NCBI GenBank assembly: GCA_965235115.1
Contig: OZ249444.1
Coordinates: 18,414,001-18,478,000, forward strand
Length of the DNA stretch: 64,000 bases
Direction: 5' to 3'
From: Laetmonice hystrix
Lineage: Eukaryota
Shown: positions 49,826 to 63,100 of the stretch, piece after piece
How the letters are laid out: the number at the start of each line of letters is the position of its first letter
Position numbering within the stretch: the stretch's first letter is position 1
The notes under the pieces: model-generated
Databases searched by the model: none
The model's input: the letters and a program-made list of their open reading frames with translations, nothing else
Told to the model about the DNA's origin: nothing
Program-made: the position numbers and the translations under genes

Positions 49826-52800
49826 CAAAGGTCACCGGGAATGGGGCCAGAGTTCAACTTAATCACTTGCTCACGCTCTGCGCACTCGGAATGAGCACGC
49901 CATTTCTAGGCGAGCGAATCGCCTTACATAGAACGGCATGTGGTTAATATAAAAAGGCCTACCTTGGCACCTGAGTTGTGGGCGATTAGAAAGTTGACAG
50001 GTTTGATTGTGGGGACTAATCAAATCGATATTTTCTCACCCCATGCCCTCTCTCAGCTTCTAGCTCTACGTCACAACACGAACAGCAATCAAGGTCTCTC
50101 CACACCTTTTTGGTGCAGGCTTAAACTCGCAATCTAAAACAGTCAACCCCGAAATCAAATGTATGGATACCGCTAACCCTTTATCAATTTAAAGTTCAAA
50201 TTCTAGCATTCTTGGTGGCTTTAAATATAGAGGACTTTGTGCCTTACAGCAGTTCATCAATATCCCTATCAATAAACCAAGAAAAAAATAAGTCAGATTA
50301 TTTGTAGAGTTGACAGATATGTAAGTGTGGTAGGCCAGGTGGGTCGAATGGTAAGCTAGCCTTGACAAGTCTGGGGTGCGTTTCTCTAAAGCCCAAAAGA
50401 CTCTTTAAGGCCCCTATAACACTCTATTGGTTTCGAAAAGACTCTTTTGAAAGACATCTTTCCTTACAGAAACGCACCCCATATTTCTCCTATCCTTATA
50501 CAGTTATGTCTTCACGAATCAAAAATGAGCTAAGATCAGAATTAAGTACTGCAAAGCGCACCTGTCCCAATCAGTTATCGGTTATGTAGATTCCAATCGA
50601 GTTATTCATTAATAAGAAGCTATCGTATATAAACGTGATGTTCCTACCGCATATTACGTGCACACCCAAGCTGTATTACCCCCCCCCCACCCCACCCCCA
50701 CCCCTCCACCCCCACCCCACCCCCACGCCCCCCACAGACCACTGCGTGGGAACCGAAGAGGCCAAGTCGCGTTGATGAACTGATGAAGAAACGTGTACTT
50801 ATACTTCCCGTGTACACTTCCATCCAATCGCGTCTTTTCTCAAGGCGCGTAGACGTTTGCTAGGCACTGAGCCTGGCGCAAGTAGGGTTCGGTTTGACAA
50901 TGAAAGTGTTGCTGGCTTATTAGAAGCAGGTTGCCAGCTTAGTCATCAATATAATGAATCGCGGTTCGACCACCCCTGCTGATCGCCTGCCGGCTCCATA
51001 GTGTGGTAAGGAGGGTGGCCATGGTCCGGACAAAACCTCCCATTTGGAGGCATTGTGTTCTCAACTCGGCCTGTACCGTGCTCACCCGGCTCTGAACACG
51101 TACAAAGAAAGACCCGCCCTTCACCCCTATTCCCCTGCCTCCCGGGGGAACCGAACATCTCATTCAGTCCGATAACAATACCAGATCCATTCCACTAATG
51201 TCAGATACATACTGATGCGTGGATTTCAATTTGCCGCGGTCGTCCTGTATATCTGCCGAGTTCTTTAGAAATACGTGTCGTTTTATGCAATAATGCCCAA
51301 CTGTTTGGGTCGGTTTTTACTGGGACTCCCCCGATAACAAAAGTCCAAGAAATGCATCGTCTCCCGGAAGGGCATTCTGGAGTGTTTTACACCGCGTGGA
51401 ACTGTGGGCGCGCCGCACTCTGGTCTGATTGGTGGCCGCCACAAGTAGCGGCGTCGAGTGGCCATAAAACAGTGTATCGCTTCCACCTAACTATGTCCTG
51501 CCCTTCTCATCTCCGTATCACACTCGGTTATGTGCCGGCTTGCAGTGACAGCCCCCATTGCCATCAATAGGACAAGAATAGTCTTTGTGATCGACACTTT
51601 GTCGGAGTTTTCTGTAAAGGCGCCTCACATTGTATCTTGCATCCAGTAGGACAAAGAGGGCTTCACTGAATCAATACCGAACTTGTCGCTAGCAGAAGCT
51701 CTCATAGTGGCACCAAGTGCGGCTCCAAACTTTCTACAAGACGGCAGCACACCTCGCTAAGTAATGTGGTTTGTACGTAAGTAGGGTTGAAACACTCTAC
51801 AGACGGTGTCATATTGGCCATACGGACTAAGTAGCTTCAGTAGAGCTTGTTTAAGTCGCAGCCATTGAACATGGTCAATGAGCTCCAATAAAGAACAGTA
51901 ACTCTGCAGTCTGGATCGTTCTACAAAGCTTCTTTGTCACATGCCAAGAAGAATTTCTTGTGCAATTCGTTGGCAAAGTTCTACAGGACGATTCAATACA
52001 GAGCCTGTGAAGGCAGTGAGAAGTAGTATATGGAATTGGCAGGTTGTTTCGGGTAGGTCTCCATCCTTCAGACGGAACGCCATGTGAACAACGTTACGAC
52101 ATACTACTACCGGCTTCATCCTTATCACCCGCCACGTACATTCAACCAATTAGCCTTTACCACTCGGGATAGGATAAACATTCTCTACGATATTTCTACA
52201 GGCACTACAATAACCGCATGCCCCAAAGCGACTATTAACCACTGACCTATTAACTTCTTCGGTTGTGAGGTCGGGCCAGCATCTGGGTACAACACCTTAG
52301 TGGTGTGCTGGAGCCATCTCGCCAATACAAGACATGACCAAACATGTGGTGTGTGGTTTCTGCTCCAACTGCAATCAACCATTCTGGCACATTGTGACTG
52401 ACTGTAAGGAAGCACTAAGCAGGACTTGTGTGGGGGGCACAAGTCGGTGGATCCTCTATTTTGTTCATAAAATCTTCGCATCTGTCAGTGCAAATAACCC
52501 TTTCGTACGAGATCGATTTTTCTGATGGCGTGCGACAAACATGGAAACGCCGAATTGATAGAGGGGGAAACGTGTCCTTACAAAAAGTGCATTTCGATAT
52601 TATTTGGAAACGTGCAGGGCAAACAATGTGTCTATATGAAGTATACAATGTATCCATTTGCGTGGAAGGGATCAGTGAGACTGGCTCAACAGAGAGGCCT
52701 TTGTGGACATTGATGGGGCGCAACGGTGCGCAAGATAAAAGCTCACTAATGGTGCAAGGCAATTATTGCAGCCTTTACAGGAAGACAAAGTAAACATTAC

Positions 52801-54639
52801 CCTGCATTCACACCCAAACACTCTGACACAGCCACATAAAAGAGCACTCGCGAAAGCGCGAAATTCGCTATAGACTTGTGCGATGGAATATTGACAGGTG
52901 CGAACAATACGACCCCCACGTGCCATTAAACTCGGTGTGTTTTGGGAACTTGTCTTTGTGATGGAGGGGCGGCCAAGAAAGAGAGGGACAGGGCACCAAG
53001 AAGGGCCGACCCCATCGTGTCTTGCTCAGCCTACCCGAGCCCCCTCCCCTGTCTGCCCCGGCCCAGACTCCAGAAAGTGAGGCCACCGACCTAACAACCA
53101 CGAGTCGACAAGCATGTACTTATTGTGTAAGCCAACAATACATGCTCGGATCTGACAGACGCTGAGGCACGGATCCCACGGCTACGTAACAATGGCCACA
53201 CACTCCTGCCCAACGACGTTCAGTCAAACCGAAGAAGTCAAACCGAGTTAGAGTTTTCAAATGTTGTTGGCAGGAGTATTTCAGATAATTATTCTCAGTC
53301 TGATTTTTGCCGGTGAAGAGTTGGTATTGCAGTTCAATTTTCGAGAAAAGAAAGTCGATGATCACTTTGTGATATTATTGCTTCTTTACACGGGGTACAT
53401 GTAAGCTGCTGCTTCCTATAGACTCAACGATCTCCTTGTCCAAACGTTGTGACCTTGTAAGACCTTGTGTTAACGTCAGGCCAGGCATGTGATGGCTTAT
53501 ACTTTCGATAACTTTTAGAGACATGCAATACGAACTTTTAAAAACCAATACTATACTTTACGGTAAGTGATAATTAGTTGCACACAAACTAATGCACTCT
53601 GGTAGAATTTATATCTGTAATTTCACCTTGAAATGAGCTGTTCAGTAAATAGGAAGGGGATGGTAAGAAAGTTAGACAAGTATGTATTGTAGACATATTG
53701 TACAGATTACTGTACAGGAACACATTAATGAATCATTCATTTAATCGACTAAACGGACAGGTTTTGTTGAGGCAGATGGTAAACATGGATGCCTAGTTGT
53801 TTGCGGAAGAATGGATGCCGGCAAAAGCTTTTTCACTTCCAATAATGAAAGTGGCGTCTAACTATGAAGTACAGCCGTCCGCATTGATACTCTCTTTGCT
53901 TTGTTTAACGTTTTGATGACCACAATGTTTCGGTGCCGGAAATGAAGACAATCACACCGTATAATTTCCCGTCACTTCCATTTCGCACAGAACGCCTTTT
54001 GTGCGGAGCTGTCTTCATTATAACCACGTGAATGCAGTCCCGCACTCGGTAAACACGTGACACAATGGTCACAAAGATGCGGATCGTGTCGCAGTTTTCA
54101 CAAGTGCTCCGGCATTCGGCGCTGCTTTATTGCAAATATGATCCCAAACATTACGGCGATCCAGCAATGTATTCATGCGCCTGCCCATAGGGGTCGTCTG
54201 TTATTCGTCGTGTGGGTCACGGCTGGAATGTCTACACGGTGGAATACGCTATATCAATAACCATACAAAACGACTAATTTCCTGCGCATGCGCCTGGTCA
54301 AAGTGACGGAAGAACCCAGTTATGGGATGTGGCCCGAAGCGAGTAGCAAACTGCTCGCCAGCCATACAGTCGTGTATAGGGCAAATAACATTCATTATGA
54401 TCCCAAACCATAAAATTCAGTGTCATGACCGATGGTATTCAGATGGACCTCATTCAAAACATACAGCAGCAGCATTAGTTATGATATAGCAATAGCAATT
54501 GGAAAGAATTACATATGTAGCCATTTGGTGTTGGTGTGAAGTAGAAAGATATTATATGAACAATTACAAAACACCACCACCATGCAGCACAAGGAAAACG
54601 TTAACATCAGAAGTCCATCGAGTATAGACACTCGCAAAT

Positions 54640-55060
54640 GAAGGCCGAGTTTCCGTGTCACCTCTCAAAATCACGCGTGGAAACACGGTGCAAGACGTGA
54701 TTGGCACGTCTATTGTTGTACCTAATCGTTACGTCACTTGGAATTACAACCGCTGAAAGACGGACTTAGGCGCAGACTTAACCGGCATCGGCTTAAGCAC
54801 TGACCGTGTGGCTAAACAGCCGTGATCTATGTCGTTTCTCGAAATTGCAATTACCGGATGGGTGGTTCAGGGGCCCAGAGGTCGCCATTTCTATCTATTT
54901 CCGCCGTCGGCGCCATATTGGAGACGACAGGCGCTTGGTCACGTGTCAAGGGCGGGATTGTCTCGCGAGAAGAATGACTTCATTGAGGACGTGTCATGCG
55001 GTGAACCGTCGCCAGGGTTCATGGCATGGCTGCAGTTCTTACTACGGGACGGTCAATACG
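54640..55060 (-). promoter_or_regulatory. Housekeeping-type promoter motif cluster
   Basis: Perfect TCTCGCGAGA (54961-54970, BANP/Kaiso-type), GGTCACGTG E-box just before it, and two minus-strand ATGGCG YY1-type motifs (ATG at 54916 and ~54888). A NRF1-type TGCGCATGCGC lies at 54283-54293. Confidence 0.4.
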
Positions 55061-55230
55061 CAGATCCCAGTGTTCGCAAATGTATGAATTGAATGATAAT
55101 GAATTATCATTTTGACATGGTTTTTAAAAAGGTTCTACCTCCAATGTTGGCCTTTCAAACTTTAGGATCAATGTTGGCCGTATGAATTTCATATTAGGAA
55201 GGATTTGTTTGTGAGATTATAGCATGCACC

Positions 55231-55273
<43 letters not shown>

Positions 55274-55290
55274 TCTATTTATTTATTTAT
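55231..55290. repeat. (ATTT)n microsatellite
   Basis: About 15 units of attt, with one atct variant. Confidence 0.95.
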
Positions 55291-55695
55291 CTGCCAAATA
55301 TGAAAGCATACGTATAATAATAATCTGCTTTAAGAATGCCTTTATTTTCGGAGAATTCTGGGAAGGACTACGCGAATGGTTTATTTTAATTATTGGCACA
55401 AATTAGAGACGTTTTAAATACCTTCATTGCATATTACTAGACAACCAACTTCAACCAACCACAAAGCACACAAAATACTAGGAGTTGTTCTCAGACTGTC
55501 TTCGCTCACATTAAACAGGTGAGGAAACATGCCTAAAAATTGTCTGGTTTAATTGTGGTGCATAACCTAGTGTTAAATAAGATTACGTACGGCAAGCACC
55601 ACCCAAATAATCTTTCTATTCATTTCCCCACTCTGCGAAATTAACAAAGCTGTGAATAATGTAACATGACCCTGCCATTACAGCCGAGACCTACT

Positions 55696-55709
55696 GCTCC
55701 CTCTGGTGG
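55696..55709 (-). promoter_or_regulatory. CTCF-like motif
   Basis: Minus strand CCACCAGAGGGAGC, followed by AG (13/14; GGGAGC is a common variant). Confidence 0.55.
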
Positions 55710-57432
55710 TGGGAATAACAGACTACGCGACAGAATGTCAAACCGCGAGGGCGAAGGGCGAGCGTCGGAATGATTTTAATTCTCGCAATGACAATGAGGC
55801 GAGGAAAGAAATTAATTAGAAATCAGGCACCGTATTGTGTTACCATTTTCGCTGGGCAATGCGCTTTTGGTCTTGGGACAAAGCCACGATCAAGTAACTA
55901 GAATAGTTTTTTTTCTGCACATAGGGTTATCCCAGAGCTGTGTAGGATCAAGCCGAGAACGGTCCAGTAACATGAGAGTGTTGCCTCCAGTACTGAGCGT
56001 AAATTGCCACCACCTCCAGGCAGCCATGGAGGCTGTGGTTTTACGGAGGTGTAATCAGAGGGAAGTGGTTTTTTCTCCTTTCAGCCTACGCGTAAAGAGT
56101 TTGACGGTGTGTTCACAAAGAGGTCGATCAGCATGAACAGAACTATCTATGTAATGCAGATTAAAACCATCCTGGAATGAGAGGGAAATAATGGGACTGT
56201 GGGAGTGTGGTAAACTCGCTGCATTGCACGCAATGTCACTTGTTTTCATCAGCCACTTTATGAAACTGTGATTCCTTCAGGAGGGTCCGGTATCAACGCC
56301 TTGTTAGTGTTTTTGGAATCGTACGGATTCATATCAGCTTATTATTTCTTCCTGTCTGAGAAAATGGTCTCTTTATATCTCAAATAATGTTACAAACTAC
56401 CTCCGCTATGTTCTTCTCTGCTGTAATGCGGTAGTAATCAGAGCAGTGAGGTGGTGATGCAAAGTTACTGTGACAGAACTCTTTGAGAGTGATGGAAAAG
56501 AGAAAATATATGCCCCACTACACTCTGACTGTTTTTTTTCAAATGTCGATAAAGGCAGAGGCCTATTCAATATCAGTTTGTGTAATTGTTAAATGAAAAC
56601 GTTATTATAAGCTACCCAGTGTACTACTCATTTACGTACAGGTTTCTGCAGGGAATAATGAAATCTCCCCGTGAGGCCCCGTCACCCAACAAATCTCTAT
56701 CGTTGAATACCCTCATAGAATGAAGTATTACTAGTATGAACCCGCGTATTCATAAACATAATGTTACATATTCATAAGTATGCAAGAACACTACGGACAC
56801 GGATACAGTTTATAGGATACAGTCGGGAGGAACCACCCTCTCTCTAAACTTTACTAAATGAGGTTATTATTGGAAGAAGTACAAACCAGTCAAATTTAGC
56901 TGCATACTACTTGACAATTATAGCGGAAATGTGGAGTTTATGTTTACTTTAACGGCTATTCCAATCGCCCATATAGCTAAGGGCTTATCGATTGAATTAT
57001 GAGTGTAACGTTATTAGGCCAACTCTTTTTACGTTTGCGTCTGATCCGGCTGCTCAAACTAACTCTAACACACATTTGTGCTTTACTACATGGCTTCCTA
57101 ATGAAACTTTTTCCCATACAAAGCATATCAAAGCACTTCCTAGCAATTCACTCAACCAAATGGACGACAATTGAACCATAGAAAAGTAACTCTTTTCACG
57201 TCAACACTTTGTTACTGCCGAGATAAGGTACTAATGGAGACGTTGTCGTTAGCTGTGACATGAAAAAAGACCGTGTTAGTATCCGGAAATGTTTTCTGAT
57301 TAAATGGCCGACAAGCCTGCCCCAGCCCACAACCGGTCCTGCCCAGCATTGATAGCATTACTAATTTCAAACTATAGCCGAACATGGAGAGAGGAAGTCA
57401 GCGAACTGTAATAACGGATTTATCACAAAGAG

Positions 57433-57446
57433 CCACCAGAGGGCGT
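57433..57446 (+). promoter_or_regulatory. CTCF-like motif
   Basis: CCACCAGAGGGCGT (13/14). Confidence 0.55.
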
Positions 57447-58264
57447 GATGGATGGCCGGTGATGTAACGGTGTGTGTGTACTTTTAGTGAAACCAAGCAT
57501 GACGACATGTTCTATTCTTTGGCTGGGGAAATTGCATCCGGGGCGAGTGATGCAGGTCGGGAGTAGATGATATTAACGAGCTCGTAATTTGGCTACCAGC
57601 CAGGGTCCCATGGTTGCACCCTGTCGCAGTCCGCTGATGCCTCAGTGGCCAGATCAAAGGCCTTGTCAGCATCAACACCAATGGGCCGTGTAAAACGGAG
57701 ACGTGTTATTTGTTACGTTACTATCGCTTTTGCTATTGACACAAAAGTGACGCATTAGCGCGAAGAACAAGACAAATATTTGAAATTGACTGGAGTGATA
57801 AATGAAAGAATTCTATTGAGGAGAGGCATTTGGGCCTGACTGCATCAAAGACTGATGTAACGCGCCCAACACAAAGGTAATGACTTTAATGGTGGTTTAC
57901 GACGGCAAATTACATTTATTTGGCGAGGCGGAACTGAAACACGGCACCGACTGCAATAATGACAATATTCAGCGAGGAATACCAGATGTAATTGAGCAAA
58001 GATGATATCAAAGAAAGCTTTATGAAAACTGATTAGACTTTAGACATTATACGTCTTGGATAATCATGCGCGAGAAGCGAGAAACAATGTTACGTACAGT
58101 CGAGTGAAAACATGCATTATCCAGCAGAGATCTGAGGAGAAAAAAATGCAGTGAAAATGTATTCTTCTCCCACTTTCGATCTGGATAATATGGTGCTACA
58201 CCAATAGTGGATAATGACATCATTACGCTCCTAAAACCTAAATGTTTTCCATATTTTCTTCCAG

Positions 58265-58393
58265 GATTTCAGAAGGAAAGGAAAGTAACAAGAAAAACGA
58301 ATCCTCCAGAAGACGGGCTATTATCTCTGCCATGATATGCGCCAGATCTATGCAAATCTCTAGACATGGGAAGTTTTGTACATACGCATAGAG
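58265..58393 (+). ncRNA. Candidate 129-nt non-coding exon
   Basis: Acceptor ttttccatattttcttccAG| at 58264 and donor GAG|GTAAGT at 58394. There is a stop codon in all three frames. Confidence 0.4.
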
Positions 58394-60107
58394 GTAAGTA
58401 TGCTCTCTTATAAAGTCTCTCAATTTTAAAAGTTGGTCCAGAAAAGGTTCCCAAGATCAATGAGTTTTAGATCTGTGGAATTTTTCTGACTTTAGGTGAA
58501 CGAATTCATTACAAGAGTAACAGGGCGAAACGTTAGCTCATGGACATTACGAGCCCAGCCAAGGACAGTGTTATTGACTTTGTGGAATTATTTTCACTTC
58601 TAAAAGGGCAGTCTTACCTATTAATGCATAAAGTATATGATGCATGCATTAATGTAATGTATCTATATACTGTGTATATATACTTTTCTATATCCCAGGC
58701 AGATTGACCTTTCATTTATGTATGTGTAGACGGAATTGCAAGATTAAAACTAGATATTATATATTCAATCAATACCATTATGCAGTATTGTTCAATCTGC
58801 TAAAAGGGCATACTTGCATACGGAGGCCTGATTACCTTTAATTCCGAGTAATTACATAGAGTAATTTTGACATTTTCGCCCAACAACCTCAACTTCAGAA
58901 ACTCCCCTCGGTTATCTATTCAAACCGTGAGTCGGATTCACTCCCGATTAACACGATCTGAATGTAACCCAAGATTAACCAAAGGCCATTCTCATTGACG
59001 GAATCCACAGTGACGGAATTATGGTAGAGGGGAGACGGTATACGAGCCGGGAGGGGACGGCTGATCACTGCATCCCTTATACACACTACACTTGGTGTGT
59101 CTAGTTACAGGCTGAAAGCTATAGACAAATACATGCTAGGACGACGCGTCTGAATGAGATTTTTCTGAGCCCTTTAGCTTCCCTCGGGAAACGTACAACC
59201 AAACACAAACCATAGCTTCGGATTTCTTTTCGCGTACAGTGTTCGTCTTTTCTTGCCGCGTTTGTCGCTTACGGAAATGACAGCGGTGCCTTCGTATACA
59301 GGGCTAATGGCAAACCAGCTGGGTTAGGTTGCCGAGACAAGGGCTGGCGTTGGCACGATAATGAGTTTCATGATAAACATTTCGTGGGCCGCGCCTCCGT
59401 CACAAAGACGTCGAAAACAGACCAATCTGTTTTCATGAAACCATAAGCCAACACGAACACGGCATCCTTTCGTTCTCATTTACGTGCAGGAAATTACTCG
59501 GTGCCGGACGTCGGGCGTATTGCACAACGACAAGCGGGCCATGTGTTGACCAACTGAGAGGGGACCCGCCACAGAGCGCAAAAAACACCAGCATCAACGC
59601 TGTCTTTCTGGTGGTTTCCCGAGCTAGATTACACCAATAAGTGGCCAGAGGCGCGGACGATGCACCCTTATGACGGTCACAGAAAAAGTCGCCACAGCGC
59701 CGTAAGATATAGTTTTCACAGGAAAGTGGAAAATTGCCGTCTTACAACCGATATTATATGCTTACGTGGTATCATAATGGTGGAAGATAAACAGCGCGAA
59801 TGTACTAAGTAGGTGCGAGAGAGACCAGATACTGTCAACAACATAGTCGCTAGGCAATACCATTAATGACAGACTCTGGCCTTCCTTGTAACTTTATCTC
59901 ACATTCTCAACAAACTGAGTAAGTCATTCCTCTTGAAAACATCACTCTGATAATAATAGTAGATTGGAGGGAGGCTGAAATAGGTTTCCTCACATTTTGT
60001 GCCACTCGTATGTCTGCAATAGATTATACTAAAGGTGTGAAAAGTATGAAATATAAATCATTATACTTCCTAATCTATATTACAATAGCTCTTCCTGTTT
60101 TTCGCAG

Positions 60108-60127
60108 GAAAAGCTTCCAACATTGAG
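60108..60127 (+). other. Candidate 20-nt microexon
   Basis: Branch-like CTAAT (60070-60074), pyrimidine tract ctcttcctgtttttcgcAG|, exon gaaaagcttccaacattgag, donor |GTAGGT. Confidence 0.3.
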
Positions 60128-63100
60128 GTAGGTGTAAGATTGATTCAGCACAGATCAGTTGGTCACTGCATGGCCAGTCAGGAGACTCTTGTTGAGAATG
60201 TTTGTAACTTTAAACCCTTGCGCTTAGTTCCCTCTACTCAGACATCGACATGTGTACATGCAAACCAAATACACATTGAGCTGAGTTAAGGTGATTTATT
60301 GATTGATGTTTTTAAAAGAAATATAACGTTAATACCTCTCGACCGCTGAACTATAAAACTTGTATGATGCGTAGTTTTCCCTGACATGTGACATCACAAT
60401 GTAACAAGTTGACGTGTGTGAACGCCCTCTGATTGTCATTATACTTATCGTTAATTGTAATGGAGGATTCGACTTTCAGACGACCAAACCGGTCGTTAAG
60501 GATCCGCCTGTTTCTCTACCTCCTGCCAAGTTATATATAGAGTGTCGAGGTTAACTACCAGCTCTCCGCTTTCATTTGCCCATATCGGCCCCAGCATTGT
60601 TAGGTCCCCATTCAGGGGACCTCCATTTAGCCCACCTAACCTGCCTGATCAAGAACTAACGACAATGGTACGCGCTAAAGGCCATCACTATAGTGTCGGG
60701 ATCCAGTGTGAAAGGCCATCATGGCCTGACAGCGCACACAAACCCGACAAAAGTTTTTCCCTTTCACGGAAGAGACAACGTATCAAAAAGACGCCATTGA
60801 CCCGCCTTGATGCACGCTCAATAGAGAGGCCTGCAAAAGGTGAGAGGTTCAAATGAATCGGATCCACCGACCTGTCACACCTCCGCCGACAGACACACAT
60901 TGGGCGATGCCTCTTTTATGTTGTGTGACTTTCCTGTCAGGCATAAAAGTGGGGATCTTTTAATTAGCCTTCTGATACTGTAACCCGGCCCGGGCTTCAT
61001 TAAAGCAGGCCTTTTGTGATGCCCTGCCGACCCTATCAGTTTCCGTCAAATCGCACATTCGGTCCGTCTTTAGGCACTTTGGTCGTAGAAAATGGCGTTA
61101 CTTTGACAAAGCTCGGCGTAACGCCGACTGCTTTACCGGGCTGCCAACTGACACATCTCTTTACATGTCAACTATTGTATTACATGGTCTGACAATACGA
61201 CCACGGGTCGGAGACACCAGTCATACCGCCTCTTCTTCTCGCATTGATGAGTAACTTTCATCGCGACGCTCTGTTATTCCTTGAACTCATAAGATAACAT
61301 TACGCTGGTGGCACTGAGCCGCGCCTATCAGCCGACATTAGCCCCTTTCACGGCCCAGGGAAGGTCTGAAAACTGAGCAGGCCATGGCCCTACCTCACCT
61401 TTACCTGTAAGCTAGGGCGAGTAATAGCAGAGTGGATAGATTGCATAGAAGGCGGTTTGCTCGCCCCCAGGGCTCGTCTTATCGGTTGTTTGGGACTAAC
61501 GACCAAAACCAGATAGCACTGTGCTCTGTAGCACAAACAGAAGGCAAAATGATCGCTTTTCAGGGTATTTAACCCGAAACACGCACAGACAGAGGGATTG
61601 CACAGTGAATGTCAAAGGTCAGCCTGAGAGATTTGAATGTAGCTGTGTCGTATGGTATCACTATTATTTATAATTCATGTTCCTTTAAAGTTTGTTTAGA
61701 ATATAATCCCCTTCACCGGATTCTACCAATAGATGGTTCTACTGCTTGGCTCCTTCCCCTACCTCCTTCACAGTAATAACACGTCCTGAAAAGTCTCCTC
61801 ATGGGGCACACGCTGATCCGATTGGGGAGTGGTGGGTTTATTTTGTCTCTGTGTAATCAGAGTGGGTGACAACAAGCTCGACGCGTGCTACCCGTGACCC
61901 GTGAGGGACCGGCTTGTCTTCGCCCGGTCCCGAGCGCCGCTCATCAGGCGTGAGAACGATAAGGCTCCGGGTACCCCAGCGGCATCAACAGCCAGGCCCC
62001 GCCCGGCACCCGCCCGGCCTCCCTCCTCCCGCCGCCGGGCATCCGGCCGCCTGCCGCCTCTCCCCGCACGTCCGGGCGGCTGACCGGCCCCATACCCCCG
62101 TGTGTTCCGCTCACAAGGCATTATGCTGGACATGGACATCATTTGTTCATTAAAGAGTATGGTGACTATAGGACTCTAACCCTACTTCTAACCCTTGCTT
62201 ACCAGATATACATTTGGTATGTAAAAAGTTAATTGATCTTCTTTTAATTGGAGTTAAACTATGGTAGTAACAGCATCTGCCAAGTAGAATATAACAAATA
62301 TACCTGCCTTTGCATATAGCACTGATAAAAGTAGTGTTAGTGGTAAGTAATAATTGCAGAGGTACATGATGTGGTAATTCGTAATGAAGAGTAGCATTAA
62401 TGTATGTCGTGCGGGAAGACTATATAGAATCTATTTCTTATGTTTAGAATCTAATGCATCTAAAATTATATATACTTATTGATGAAGAATGACAGACTTT
62501 TATATATAGTTAGCTTACTTTACTTTTAGCGTTGAAGTTGCCAATCCTAATGATAATTAATGCGTTGCCAGAAAAAGTGATTAAGGAATGCTATCATTTA
62601 TACACCGGGTTAATTAAACACGTTGATATGATTCCTAACTACTTGTGTCTCTTGAAATTCTGAACCGCTAAGGATGATAAGATAGGATGCGCAGGGAAAG
62701 AACTGTGGTGACCACATGCTTCTATCGTCCACGCACACATGCAACCATGGATACGTACGTACCCCCACGCATGTGTGTGCGTGCACCTATTCTCCACAAT
62801 ACTTTAGTCAGCCATTACGCTAATTTCGCGATTGCATATTTACACAGACTAAATCCGACATCTCTGACGGGACGCCTGCCTCGTGCCACAAATCCCCGCG
62901 CCAAAGTGAATGACAGCCCGGCGCGCCAAAATTGCAGAAAATGCCTCTCATAGTGGCGATACAATTGATTGGAGAGCTCATTATTGTTGAGCTGAGGTGG
63001 GACGGCCAGGCATTGTGCACGCCACGAGACACACGAGTCGCACAGAACGCTGACTTTTATCTTATCAAATAGAGGCTTCACAGGTGGCGTGTTGGCACCG

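Noticed and set aside
52334-52420. CGFC…HIVTDC peptide resembling the CCHC knuckle of non-LTR retrotransposon ORF2
   Set aside because: No adjoining RT motifs were recognised. It may be an ancient LINE scrap but is too short to call.
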